DNA of 60,438 bases from an uncultured Traorella sp. GTDB taxonomy: Bacteria > Bacillota_I > Bacilli_A > Erysipelotrichales > Erysipelotrichaceae. The DNA is taken from positions 1 through 60,438 of the forward strand of contig CAMEIZ010000001.1 of assembly GCA_945919165.1 (NCBI GenBank), in the 5' to 3' direction. A model generated the notes under the pieces. That model was given only the letters and a program-made list of their open reading frames with translations. It was not told the origin of the DNA and ran no database searches. The number at the start of each line of letters is the position of its first letter. The first letter of the stretch is position 1. The position numbers and the translations under genes are program-made. This document shows positions 31,016 through 41,047 of this stretch, one piece after another.

Positions 31016-32311
31016 ATGAATTTTAATTCAATAAGTGAAAAAATTGAGAAGCATATTCTTCCATTAGCGAACAAATTAAGTTCACAGCGTCATTTAAAAG
31101 CAATTCGTGATGCTTTTATGAGTTTATTACCTATTACACTGTTAGGAGGGGTTGCATCAGTAATCGGTGCAGCACCGGTAACAGAAACAACAACAAATGG
31201 TTTCTTATTAGCATGGGCTGGTTTTGCATCACAGAATTCTTTGTTGTTAAGTTGGATTAATGCCTTAACATTAGGAGGCATGGCACTTTATATCTGTATG
31301 GGAATTACTTATTTTTTAAGTAAACATTTCAAAATGGATGTTTTCATTCCAATGATGATTACGATGTTTGGTTTTATGATGCTGGTATGTAATCCAATTG
31401 AATTAGGATGGGCAGGCAGCAGTATTGATATCAGTTATATGGGTGGTCAAGGTTTACTTCCTGCAATGTTAGTAGCATTCATTGGTGTAGAATTATATCA
31501 TTATATGAGAGAACATAATTGGGGAAGAATTACATTGCCGCCAAGTGTACCTGCTTCATTGACAGAAGTATTTGCCGGATTGGTTCCAGCTTTCTTAACT
31601 TTATCCGTTTATGTTGTTATATGGATTATTTTTAATGCATTAGGTACGAATTTTACAGCCTTTATTTATTCTATTATTTCACCGGCTTTATCTGCTGCTG
31701 ATTCATTAGGCTTCACAATTATTGTGACGTTATTACTTCATTTATTCTGGTTCTTTGGTATTCATGACGCTGCCTTTGGTGCTGTATTAGGACCAATTCG
31801 TGATGGTAACTTGTCAATCAATGCTGCTGCACAGGCTGCAGGTGAAGTATTGCCTCATGTTTTCACAACATCTTTCTGGGTATACTTTGTTATTATAGGA
31901 GGATGTGGTTCTGTATTGTCATTGGCTATTCTGTTAATTACTTCTAAATCAAAGCAGCTTAAAACAGTTGGTCGTGTTGGAATTGTTCCAGCTTTCTTCG
32001 GAATTAGTGAACCTATTATCTTTGGTGTTCCATTAATGTTGAATCCAATTTTCTTAATACCATTCTTATTAACATCAACAGTGAATGGAATTATTTCCTT
32101 CTTACTATTGGATAGCGGATTCATTGCGAAAACATTCGCCATGCTTTCATGGCAGATGCCTTCAGTATTCGGTGCTTTCCTTTCAACAATGGATATTAAA
32201 GCTCCAATATTAATCATTGTACTGATTCTGATTGATATGCTGATTTATTTCCCTTTCTTCAAAATGCAGGAAAAACAATGCCTTGCAATGGAAAATGAAG
32301 AAACTGAATAA
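31016..32311 (+). CDS. PTS cellobiose-family IIC
   Basis: AIRDAF, WFFGIH, FGISEPIIFG.P, YFPFFK. Confidence 0.93.
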   Translation: MNFNSISEKIEKHILPLANKLSSQRHLKAIRDAFMSLLPITLLGGVASVIGAAPVTETTTNGFLLAWAGFASQNSLLLSWINALTLGGMALYICMGITYFLSKHFKMDVFIPMMITMFGFMMLVCNPIELGWAGSSIDISYMGGQGLLPAMLVAFIGVELYHYMREHNWGRITLPPSVPASLTEVFAGLVPAFLTLSVYVVIWIIFNALGTNFTAFIYSIISPALSAADSLGFTIIVTLLLHLFWFFGIHDAAFGAVLGPIRDGNLSINAAAQAAGEVLPHVFTTSFWVYFVIIGGCGSVLSLAILLITSKSKQLKTVGRVGIVPAFFGISEPIIFGVPLMLNPIFLIPFLLTSTVNGIISFLLLDSGFIAKTFAMLSWQMPSVFGAFLSTMDIKAPILIIVLILIDMLIYFPFFKMQEKQCLAMENEETE

Positions 32312-32325
32312 ACTGTAAAACAGAT

Positions 32326-32350
32326 AAAAAGACGCTTAAATGCGTCTTTT
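32326..32350. terminator. Bidirectional terminator
   Basis: AAAAAGACGC-TTAAAT-GCGTCTTTTT between convergent genes. Confidence 0.85.
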
Positions 32351-32357
32351 TGATAGC

Positions 32358-33029
32358 TTATAGGATTTCCCAGACAAAGGCAACAGAATCACTGATATCA
32401 ATGTCATCAGGTTCAATTTCTACAGCTGAACTTCGATTTGCCGCCATCAGCGGCTGAATACTTTCTTCAACCTGATAGAGTGTTGGTGATAAAATATTGA
32501 TTTCTTTCCAATTGTAATCTATGTTCACCAGCTGACCAAGTTTTACACCTGATGCCTGACATAGAATTTCTGCTTTTTCTCTGGCATTAACAGCAGCGTT
32601 TTTAAGCAGTTGTTTTTTAACTGCTTCACAATCTTTAACAGTAAAAGCGATACTGAGTTCAGGATTTGCTTGACTGCTTGATATTTCACTAAGTGCTTGA
32701 GCAAGAAGTTTGCTGTCGAAATCAAAAGACAGTTTAAGCTGATAAGAGCAGACATATCCACTGAATATTCTTTGATAGCCGCCTTGTAAATCTCTTTTGT
32801 TATCATATTCAGTTGAAACATTGAAATGAGTGGTTTTAAGTGAGTTTTCTTCAAAACCTAAATTAGATACAGCAGCTTTGAGCAGATTGATTTTTTTCGA
32901 TGCACCTTCCATTGCTGACGCATATTCTTTCTCTTTTGATTTGATAGATAAAGATAACACAATATAATCGGGTTTTGCTGTAACATTACCCATTCCTTTT
33001 ACTTGAATAGTTTTCATTTTCTCGTTCAT
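32358..33029 (-). CDS. SIMPL (DUF541) domain protein
   Basis: TIQVKG.G.V.AKPD, AAVNAREKAEIL..ASGVKLG; start codon uncertain (33029 or 33017). Confidence 0.85.
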   Translation of the reverse strand: MNEKMKTIQVKGMGNVTAKPDYIVLSLSIKSKEKEYASAMEGASKKINLLKAAVSNLGFEENSLKTTHFNVSTEYDNKRDLQGGYQRIFSGYVCSYQLKLSFDFDSKLLAQALSEISSSQANPELSIAFTVKDCEAVKKQLLKNAAVNAREKAEILCQASGVKLGQLVNIDYNWKEINILSPTLYQVEESIQPLMAANRSSAVEIEPDDIDISDSVAFVWEIL

Positions 33030-33036
33030 CCTTTCA

Positions 33037-33399
33037 TTAAAAATTATACTTCTTTCGTAAAATTTTATCCATTGCTTTTCCTTTAGCAAGTTCATCAATC
33101 AACTTGTCCAAATAACGAATATCACGCATCAAAGGATCTTCAATTTCCTCGACTCTTACCCCGCAAACAACACCCTTTATCAAACATCTGTCTGGATTCA
33201 TTTTCGGGGCATTTTGAAAAAAATCACGATACGTTACAGAATCAGAAAGCATTGTATCAATATCTTTTGGTTTGTATCCGGTAAGCCATTCAATAACTTC
33301 TAATACTTCATCACTGGTTCGTCCTTTTTTTAAAGCTTTATTTTTCAGAAGCGGATATATTTTCGAAAAACTCATTTGAAATACTTTTTCATTATTCAT
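33037..33399 (-). CDS. DUF2200 family protein
   Basis: F.KIYP...[27 protein letters not shown]. Confidence 0.88.
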   Translation of the reverse strand: MNNEKVFQMSFSKIYPLLKNKALKKGRTSDEVLEVIEWLTGYKPKDIDTMLSDSVTYRDFFQNAPKMNPDRCLIKGVVCGVRVEEIEDPLMRDIRYLDKLIDELAKGKAMDKILRKKYNF

Positions 33400-33417
33400 T
33401 TCAATCACCCCTTTCAC

Positions 33418-35292
33418 TTATGATTCATTTGTGAAAACTTTCAGGAAATCAGTTAGATTTTGCTGTTTCAACAATTCCTTGACATTGTGTATGTCATCTA
33501 AAAGATTCACCAGTTTTTCAAAAATGTCATCAAAAGCTTTATCTTTTTTAGGACTCAATGAAAAAAGCAGAACAAGCTTTGTTTTCTGTGACTGCCACTG
33601 GATTGAGTTTTTAAGAATAGCGACTGCAATTCCATTTCGAAAGGCACATTTTTCGATAGGATGTGGGATCGCAAATAAATTCCCATAAGTGGTGGGGGCA
33701 ATGGATTCCCGATTTAAAACTTTTGTTTCAAAAGTTTCATCACAATAACCTTTTTCCATGAGTTTTTGACACAAAAAGTGAATGACTTCTTCTTCACTTG
33801 TCAAATCAAGATTATAAAAATACAAATCAGGATCAAAGAATTTATCTAATTCATTATTCTGATTGTCACTAGAAAGAAGCTGGTTGATCTTCTTTAAATC
33901 AGAATCACTTAAAAGTTTTGAACAAGTATATACCGGAGATTTTGTTTTGAAGTTAATTGGAAAAGTTGTAATGATGAGATCAACTTCATCATTCTGACAT
34001 TGATTGGCATCAAAAAGAGTCAGTGATTTCACAACTTCAATTGTAAATTGAGTAAGATAACTGGTCAGAGAGTTTTTCATATAGGTAAGCTCACTTCTTC
34101 CAAGAGCACTGATTAAAATAATTCGTTTAGTATACTTTTCCTGATAATGTTCGATAGCATTCATTAAATGCAAAGTGATATAGCCAATTTCATCTTCCAA
34201 AAGAATACAGTGAAAGTAATCTTGAATTTGCTTTGTGATATAAACGCTGATATCGTATAAGAGCGGAAAATGTCGTTTGATATCTTTAATTAATGGATTT
34301 GTTAAAAAGGAATTGGTTTTTATTCTTGATTCAAGTCCTAAAAGGTGAACCAAAAGATTATCCTTAAATCGTGTATTTTCTGTTAAATTGAAATTGTATA
34401 TTTCATTTACGGAGAGTAATACCTGATCTATAAATTTGTTATATTGACGGACATTATCGATGGAGATTTTACTGATTTTACAAGAAAATAAAAGAGATAA
34501 TTGAATGAGTTCTTTGTTTGGCAGTGTGACTTTAAGTTCATTTTGAAGAACTTCATAGAATTTGTTTGCGAGATAATCTGCTTTTGGATCTGTTTGGACA
34601 TCTTCGATATCGTTGATTTCTCTTCCTTTGTTAACTCTTTCCAACATGATAGCAATATGAAGCACAAAAGAAAAGATTTCGAAATCACGCATACCTAAAT
34701 GTTGTCTGTTATCAAAATCAACAACAATTTTCTTTATGGCAGATAAATCACAGGTTGTAAAGAAGGAAGCGTAGTTATTTATTTCAAAATTAAAATCATG
34801 AATTTCCTGAACCAAAAAGTATGAGAAAATATCTCTGCGAATTGATTCATCTGTTGATAATAAAAGAATGTTATTTTTTCTTTGTATAGCGATATCAGGA
34901 TAACGTTTCTGAATAATTGCATTAAAATACTGAATGACTTTATCCAGTGTACTTTCAGAAATGAAAAACTCATCAGCCAAATCATAATAATTAACATTAT
35001 CTTGTGTCAGAATAGTTTTAAGGATTTGAGTATTTCTTATATTATCATTTTCAAAATCAATATTTTCACAGTTAAAGAGCTGTGACAGCTGCGGATGATT
35101 GAGATTCAGCTGATAACCCTTACTTTTTGACATAAGAATGATGGGCTGTTCAAACATTTCATTAATTACTTTTATTTCATTTCGCACTGTACGGGATGAT
35201 ACAGATAAATTGGTACTCAGCTGATAAGAAGTCAGTGTATCGTGATTCGCAAAACATTGGAGCAGCTGATTTTGACGTTTTGTCAATTTCAT
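33418..35292 (-). CDS. PRD-containing transcriptional regulator (LicR/MtlR type)
   Basis: HTH VSSRTVRNEI, Mga-like HTH, two PRDs, EIIB-like domain, EIIA (AIPH). Confidence 0.9.
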   Translation of the reverse strand: MKLTKRQNQLLQCFANHDTLTSYQLSTNLSVSSRTVRNEIKVINEMFEQPIILMSKSKGYQLNLNHPQLSQLFNCENIDFENDNIRNTQILKTILTQDNVNYYDLADEFFISESTLDKVIQYFNAIIQKRYPDIAIQRKNNILLLSTDESIRRDIFSYFLVQEIHDFNFEINNYASFFTTCDLSAIKKIVVDFDNRQHLGMRDFEIFSFVLHIAIMLERVNKGREINDIEDVQTDPKADYLANKFYEVLQNELKVTLPNKELIQLSLLFSCKISKISIDNVRQYNKFIDQVLLSVNEIYNFNLTENTRFKDNLLVHLLGLESRIKTNSFLTNPLIKDIKRHFPLLYDISVYITKQIQDYFHCILLEDEIGYITLHLMNAIEHYQEKYTKRIILISALGRSELTYMKNSLTSYLTQFTIEVVKSLTLFDANQCQNDEVDLIITTFPINFKTKSPVYTCSKLLSDSDLKKINQLLSSDNQNNELDKFFDPDLYFYNLDLTSEEEVIHFLCQKLMEKGYCDETFETKVLNRESIAPTTYGNLFAIPHPIEKCAFRNGIAVAILKNSIQWQSQKTKLVLLFSLSPKKDKAFDDIFEKLVNLLDDIHNVKELLKQQNLTDFLKVFTNES

Positions 35293-35377
35293 GTTGATTC
35301 CTCCCTGTTATTGCTATTATAAGGCATTCGTAAGGGTTTGAATATCCTTAATAGTAAAAAATATCGAAAGGAGTATT

Positions 35378-36010
35378 ATGAAAATCAATTTAATCGAAAA
35401 TTTAAAAACTATTGTGGCTGTATGTATAGCCGTTAGTCTAACGGGTTTAGGTGTTTCTTTGATCTTGGAAGCAAACTTGGGCAGTGATGCAATCAATGTT
35501 TTTGTAGCAGGATTAAGTAATACTTTGAATTTATCAATTGGAAGTACGTCAAGAATTTATAATGCTATTACAATCGTAATAGCGTTGCTTTTGAATCGTA
35601 AAAATATAGGTTGGGCAACCATTCTTTATGCACTTTTGTGTGGTTATGCAATTGATTTTTTTATGTCATTGATTGGACCTTTATCAATTGGTAAAAGTTC
35701 TTTAATTGTACGAATAAGCAGTGTGATATTTTCACAGATTATTTTTACTTTGGCTTTTGCGCTATTGATTCAATATCGAAAGGGAATGAATCAGTTGGAT
35801 GCCATTGCTTATGAAATTGAGAAAAAAACGAATGTGAATTATAAGTGGATTCGCAGTGCTATTGATGGTATCCTGCTGGTGAGTGGATGGCTGTTGGGTG
35901 GTGTTGTTGGTATAGGGTCAGTATTTGCCATTTGTACAACAGGTTATCTGATTGATTGCTGGCTAAAATGGTTGAACAAGAAAAAAGACTTTGGTGAGAA
36001 AGTCTTTTAA
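35378..36010 (+). CDS. YczE/YyaS/YitT family membrane protein
   Basis: ANLGSDA, GWLLGGVVGIGS. Confidence 0.8.
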   Translation: MKINLIENLKTIVAVCIAVSLTGLGVSLILEANLGSDAINVFVAGLSNTLNLSIGSTSRIYNAITIVIALLLNRKNIGWATILYALLCGYAIDFFMSLIGPLSIGKSSLIVRISSVIFSQIIFTLAFALLIQYRKGMNQLDAIAYEIEKKTNVNYKWIRSAIDGILLVSGWLLGGVVGIGSVFAICTTGYLIDCWLKWLNKKKDFGEKVF

Positions 36011-36603
36011 TAAATTGCTTGGACTCTTTGGTCAGCAGGCAGCTTATCTTTTGGTTCAGGAAACTCAAGAATACCTCCAAAAACCATTTGTGCAGTTAAT
36101 TGATAATGTAAGGGTATATTCCATTTTTCTTTTACCTGATCATCAATCAGTGGATTATAATGTTGAAGATTTGCTCCAATATTCTTTTCAGCTAATGCAT
36201 TCCATACATTTCCTTGAAGAATGCCCATGCTGTGAGAGGCAAACATGTCAAACTGATCTTTATATAAGGCAAAATCTTTTTTTAACTGTTCAATAACCTG
36301 TAAATCATCAAAAAATAAAATTGTTCCTTTAGCGTTAGAGAAAGCGTTCATTTTTTTCTGAGTGGAATCAAAAGAAGATGCGGGTACAATTTTTTTGAGA
36401 ATCTGTGTTGTGAGTTCCCATAATTCACGATGTGCCTGATTCATAAGAATGAGGATGTGAGAGCTTTGCATATTGAAGGCCGTTGGAGATAAAACTGTAA
36501 CGGTTTGAATGAGTTGTAAGATATCTTCATCACTAAGAGGAATTTGATCGTTTAACGAATAAATACTTCTTCTTTTAGAGATTGTTTCTAGATAATTCAT
36601 CAT
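36007..36603 (-). CDS. Nitroreductase family protein
   Basis: RRSIYSL, SPTAFNMQS, GANLQHYNP; AAGGAGG RBS. Confidence 0.9.
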   Translation of the reverse strand: MMNYLETISKRRSIYSLNDQIPLSDEDILQLIQTVTVLSPTAFNMQSSHILILMNQAHRELWELTTQILKKIVPASSFDSTQKKMNAFSNAKGTILFFDDLQVIEQLKKDFALYKDQFDMFASHSMGILQGNVWNALAEKNIGANLQHYNPLIDDQVKEKWNIPLHYQLTAQMVFGGILEFPEPKDKLPADQRVQAIY

Positions 36604-36700
36604 TATCCTCCTTTCTACTATCACTATAACGCATTCGAAAGGAAAAACAATCCAAATGCCTGTAAACATGTTATAATCTAAAAAGAAAAGAGGAAACACA

Positions 36701-37480
36701 ATGATTGAACTATCATCTTTAATGAGTATTGGATTAACTGCTTTATTTTGTATTTTTTTTCCTATTGGATTAATGATTTATTGGAAGATAAAAACAAAAA
36801 CTTCATTAAAACCCTATTTATTAGGTGCCATGATGTTTATTATTGCAGTTGTTATTTTGGAAAATGCTTTACATAGTATTGTGATGACGACTTTTGATTG
36901 GGTTTCAAAAAGTTCGATATGGATTGTTTTATATGGTTGTTTGTCTGCAGGTGTGTTTGAAGAAGGGGCAAGATTTGTTGCTTTTCGATATCTGTTAAAA
37001 AAAGATAATACTGGTGAAAATGCTGTTGCTTATGGAATTGGTCATGGTGGTATTGAAACAATTATGGTGGTAGGTCTATCTATTTTAAGTGTTTTAATGC
37101 TAGCAATTTCAATTAACCATCTGGGTCTTGATGAGATTTATGATACTTTGGATGCCAATACAGCTCAATCTTTTACAGAAATGTTGAATGTGATTCAAAA
37201 TTATGGTTTTAGTGATGCCATGGCAGGTATTCTGGAAAGAATAAGTGCCATGAGTATACATATTTGTTGTTCTTATCTCATGTTTCTGTCAGTAAGAGAT
37301 CGCCGTGCTGAATTATTATTGTTGGCATTTGGTTTTCATTTTTTAGTAAATCTTCCAGCTGGATTGATGCAGATTTCAGTATTAAATAGTATTTGGATAA
37401 GTGAATTCATTATATTTTTCATTGCTTTTTTGTGTGGTATTGTTACATATAAAATTTATTCATTAGAAAAGAAAAAGTGA
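36701..37480 (+). CDS. YhfC family intramembrane glutamic-type protease
   Basis: AGVFEEGAR, GHGGIE, ER, HFLVN. Confidence 0.88.
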   Translation: MIELSSLMSIGLTALFCIFFPIGLMIYWKIKTKTSLKPYLLGAMMFIIAVVILENALHSIVMTTFDWVSKSSIWIVLYGCLSAGVFEEGARFVAFRYLLKKDNTGENAVAYGIGHGGIETIMVVGLSILSVLMLAISINHLGLDEIYDTLDANTAQSFTEMLNVIQNYGFSDAMAGILERISAMSIHICCSYLMFLSVRDRRAELLLLAFGFHFLVNLPAGLMQISVLNSIWISEFIIFFIAFLCGIVTYKIYSLEKKK

Positions 37481-37490
37481 TACTTTCGTA

Positions 37491-38513
37491 TCACAGACAT
37501 TGAAGCTCAATGCATTTTTCCGCAATTTGAATGGCGTTGACAGCAGCGCCTTTTCTTATTTGGTCACCGCAGCACCATAGAGTCAACGAATGATCATTAC
37601 AGAGGTCTTTTCTAAGTCTACCAACATAAACATTATCTTGATTACTAGTATCAAGAGGCATTGGATATAACTTATTTTGAGGATCATCGACCAACTGACA
37701 GCCTTTTGCATGAGATAAGGCTTTTTTTATTTCATCAAGATCATAAGTGTTTTTCAGATGTAATGTCATAGATAAAGAATGACTTCTGAGGACTGGAACA
37801 CGTACGCAGGTACAATTGACAAAAAGATGAGGATTATGGAGAATTTTTCGTCCTTCATTTTGCATTTTCATTTCTTCACTGGTGAAGCCGTTATCTAAAA
37901 AACTGCCGATTTGAGGAATAAGATTACCCACAATCTGATAATCAAAGGCTTTAGGTGAAGAAGGATGGCCTTCATAGACATCTTTTAGTTGATTTTGATA
38001 TTCTTCCATTCCTTTAATGCCTGCACCGCTTACAGCCTGATAGGTTGATACAATCATTGATTGAATAGGATTAATTTTATGAATGGCATAAACGGCTATG
38101 CATCCGATGATGGTTGAACAATTTGGATTGGCAATAATTCCATGATGATTCAAAACATCTTCACCATTTATTTCAGGAACAACTAAAGGTACATGATCAT
38201 CCAAGCGAAAAGCACTTGAATTGTCAATATATAAAGCATTTGCTTTTTGAATATCATGTGCAAATTGTTTTGATATAGAATTATCAGCTGCTCCCAGGAC
38301 AAGATCACAACCAATAAATGAGTTTGATTCAGCTTTTTGTATTTCAATTTCATTTCCGCAGAACATCATCTTTTTTCCTGCACTTCTTTCACTGGCTAAA
38401 AGACGCAGCTCTTTGATCGGAAAGTTTCTTTCTTCTAAGGCACTCAGCATGGCATTTCCTACAGCTCCGCTGGCACCAAGGATTGCAACAGTATATTTCT
38501 TCATATCGTTCAC
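37491..38513 (-). CDS. asd: Aspartate-semialdehyde dehydrogenase
   Basis: GASGAVG, NPNCST, YQAVSGAG, RVPV..SHS, RKGAA.NA. Confidence 0.96.
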   Translation of the reverse strand: MNDMKKYTVAILGASGAVGNAMLSALEERNFPIKELRLLASERSAGKKMMFCGNEIEIQKAESNSFIGCDLVLGAADNSISKQFAHDIQKANALYIDNSSAFRLDDHVPLVVPEINGEDVLNHHGIIANPNCSTIIGCIAVYAIHKINPIQSMIVSTYQAVSGAGIKGMEEYQNQLKDVYEGHPSSPKAFDYQIVGNLIPQIGSFLDNGFTSEEMKMQNEGRKILHNPHLFVNCTCVRVPVLRSHSLSMTLHLKNTYDLDEIKKALSHAKGCQLVDDPQNKLYPMPLDTSNQDNVYVGRLRKDLCNDHSLTLWCCGDQIRKGAAVNAIQIAEKCIELQCL

Positions 38514-39829
38514 CTTATAAATTTTTCATAGATCACTTGGATTGTTTTCTCGAAATCATCATTCTTAACACCGACAATAATATTCAGTTCATCAGCACCC
38601 TGAGAAATAGTTTGAATATTGATATTGTTCTTTCCCAGTTCTGCGAAAATTCGTCCGCTGATTCCTGGGTTATTAACCATACCTCTGCCAACAGTGGCAA
38701 TTAAAGAAAGATGATCCAAGACACGAATATGATCTGGATGTAGAGCTTCTTTTAAATCATTTAATAATTCATATAAACATTCTTTTACTTTTGCAGTAGA
38801 AACAATTAAAGAAAAACTGTCAATACCACAAGGCATATTTTCAATACTGATTTTATATTTTCTCAGGATATCGAAAGCCTGAAAAGCAACACCGATCTCG
38901 CTGGAAATTCCGCTTTTATAAATTGTAATGGAAGTAAAATCTTTTTTACCGGCTATACCGGTAATAAAAGGCGGAGGAGACTGTTTATCAAGTTCACTGC
39001 AGTCTTCAAGAATCATTGTTCCCGGATTTGAAGGATCATTGGTATTTAAAATATTGATAGGTATATTTTTTTCTTTTACAGGGAAAATGGCTTCATCATG
39101 AAGAACACTGGCACCCATGTAGCTGAGTTCTCTTAACTCACTATAAGTTATGCGATCCACACGTTTTGGGTTCGCAACAATTCTGGGATCGGCATAAAGA
39201 ATACCAGAAACATCACTCCAATTTTCATAGACATCAGCATCTACCAGATCAGCTAAGATTGAACCGGTAATATCGCTTCCACCGCGTGCCATGATTTTAA
39301 TTTTCTGATTTCGATAAGCACCATAAAAACCAGGAATGACCACATGAGTATGAAGTTTCATAATTTCCAAAAAGGCATTACGTGTTAATTCACGATTGAG
39401 CTTGCCGTTGTAATCAAAAATAATAAAATCTTTCGCATCGACGAAATCATAACCCAAATAATCACTCATTAAAAGGGCACAAAGATATTCACCGCGTGAT
39501 ACCAGATAATCAATATCTTCAACACTCATATTATTTCGAATTTCTTCAAATTCTTTTTTTAAATCAATCGATAAATGCAACTCATTTAAAATAGAGAAAT
39601 AACGTTGTTCAATGAGTGAAAAAATCGTTTCATAAGATACTCCATATTGTAAATGAGCATGGCATAAGTACAACAGATCGGTAATTTTATTATCATCTTT
39701 GAAACGTTTGCCAGCAGCACTTACCACAACGATATTGCGTGAAGGATCACTTTCTATAATGTTTTTAACTTTTTTAAATTGTGCGGCATCTGATACAGAA
39801 GATCCGCCAAATTTTACAACTTTTTTCAT
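38510..39829 (-). CDS. Aspartate kinase (two ACT domains)
   Basis: KFGGSS, VVVSA, RGGSDITG, ELSYMGASVLH. Confidence 0.94.
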   Translation of the reverse strand: MKKVVKFGGSSVSDAAQFKKVKNIIESDPSRNIVVVSAAGKRFKDDNKITDLLYLCHAHLQYGVSYETIFSLIEQRYFSILNELHLSIDLKKEFEEIRNNMSVEDIDYLVSRGEYLCALLMSDYLGYDFVDAKDFIIFDYNGKLNRELTRNAFLEIMKLHTHVVIPGFYGAYRNQKIKIMARGGSDITGSILADLVDADVYENWSDVSGILYADPRIVANPKRVDRITYSELRELSYMGASVLHDEAIFPVKEKNIPINILNTNDPSNPGTMILEDCSELDKQSPPPFITGIAGKKDFTSITIYKSGISSEIGVAFQAFDILRKYKISIENMPCGIDSFSLIVSTAKVKECLYELLNDLKEALHPDHIRVLDHLSLIATVGRGMVNNPGISGRIFAELGKNNINIQTISQGADELNIIVGVKNDDFEKTIQVIYEKFIR

Positions 39830-39830
39830 A

Positions 39831-40961
39831 TTACCTCCAAATGAGTGCAGCAAAGAAGTCATTACAACGATACCGATCTATAATCTTAAATATTTCAATT
39901 ATTGTCATCTTGGCAGTTTGAATATAAACATATTTTTCATCATATTCATAAGATATTCCAAGTTCTTCATGAAATACTGATTTTTCAAGGCGAATGTAAA
40001 AAGGATAAGACGTCATGGAAAGATTTAAAGGATAAGAATGGTGAATATCAAAATAATGAAGATTAGTCATGATATCGTAACAATCACTGATGACAGCGCT
40101 GGCAGTTGGATCACCGCCGGCACCCTGACCAATTAATTGAATCGTTCCAAGAAATTGGGAAGTTGCAGTTGCGAGATTCAGATTGGCATTAATTTGTGAA
40201 GATATTTCATCTTTTATGAGGGTTGGCATGCAGAATGCAGATATTGAATTTTGATATTTCTGAGCAAATGCCATTAGTTTACAAGTCCATCCTTTTGATT
40301 TGAAATATGCGATATCTTCTTTTTTGATCGTAGAGATACCAAAAACAGGGATAGAAGAGGGATTTAGAAATGTTTGAAAAGCAACATCTACACTTAGAGC
40401 TAATTTATTGACGATATCATAACCTTCAAGATCAGCACTTGGATCACTTTCTGCATAACCTTTGTTTTGGGCATCTTTAATCATGACATCAAAATCAGCA
40501 TCATAGGCGTGCATGTTTGAAAGAATATAATTGGTAGTACCATTAAAGATTCCGGAAATGGATGTAATCTCATCAAAACGACTGACTCTTTTCAACTCTT
40601 TGATCCAGGGAATACCACCGCCTACACAGGCTTCAATCATAAATGAAACATTGTTGTCAAGGGCTAATTGATTCAATTCATCAAAATAAGCAGCTGCAAC
40701 AGCTTTATTTGCTGTTACCACATTCTTTTTTGCTTTTAAGGACATGGAGATGTACTCATATGCGGGATGAAGACCCCCCATCACTTCAATGATGGTATCA
40801 ATATCTTGATCATGCAGGATATCCATAAAATCCGTAGTCATACGATGATCATCTCTTAAAGTTCTGACAAGAATTCGCTTTATTTTGATATCTTCTTTTT
40901 TTGAAGCAATCTGAAGTACAGATTTTCCCACTATGCCACATCCTAATAACCCAACTATCAT
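39831..40961 (-). CDS. hom: Homoserine dehydrogenase
   Basis: GCGIVG, VVTANK, NGTTNYIL, GYAESDP, GQGAGG.PTASAV. Confidence 0.95.
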   Translation of the reverse strand: MIVGLLGCGIVGKSVLQIASKKEDIKIKRILVRTLRDDHRMTTDFMDILHDQDIDTIIEVMGGLHPAYEYISMSLKAKKNVVTANKAVAAAYFDELNQLALDNNVSFMIEACVGGGIPWIKELKRVSRFDEITSISGIFNGTTNYILSNMHAYDADFDVMIKDAQNKGYAESDPSADLEGYDIVNKLALSVDVAFQTFLNPSSIPVFGISTIKKEDIAYFKSKGWTCKLMAFAQKYQNSISAFCMPTLIKDEISSQINANLNLATATSQFLGTIQLIGQGAGGDPTASAVISDCYDIMTNLHYFDIHHSYPLNLSMTSYPFYIRLEKSVFHEELGISYEYDEKYVYIQTAKMTIIEIFKIIDRYRCNDFFAALIWR

Positions 40962-40970
40962 ATGCTCACC

Positions 40971-41020
40971 TGTCTTTCTAACAAAAACACTTGTCTTTCG
41001 ATGAAAAACATTGTATCATA
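40971..41020. promoter_or_regulatory. Tandem palindromic operators over the divergent hom/thrC promoters (putative ThrR sites)
   Basis: TGTCTTT-N5-AAAAACA at 40971-40989 and 40992-41010; TTGTCT-17-TATCAT rightward promoter; leftward TATGAT at 41015-41020. Confidence 0.7.
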
Positions 41021-41047
41021 TCAAATAAAGAAAAACAAGGAGCCGTT

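Noticed and set aside
35991-36296. 101-aa plus-strand ORF after the YczE-like gene
   Set aside because: Antisense to the nitroreductase, no recognisable features
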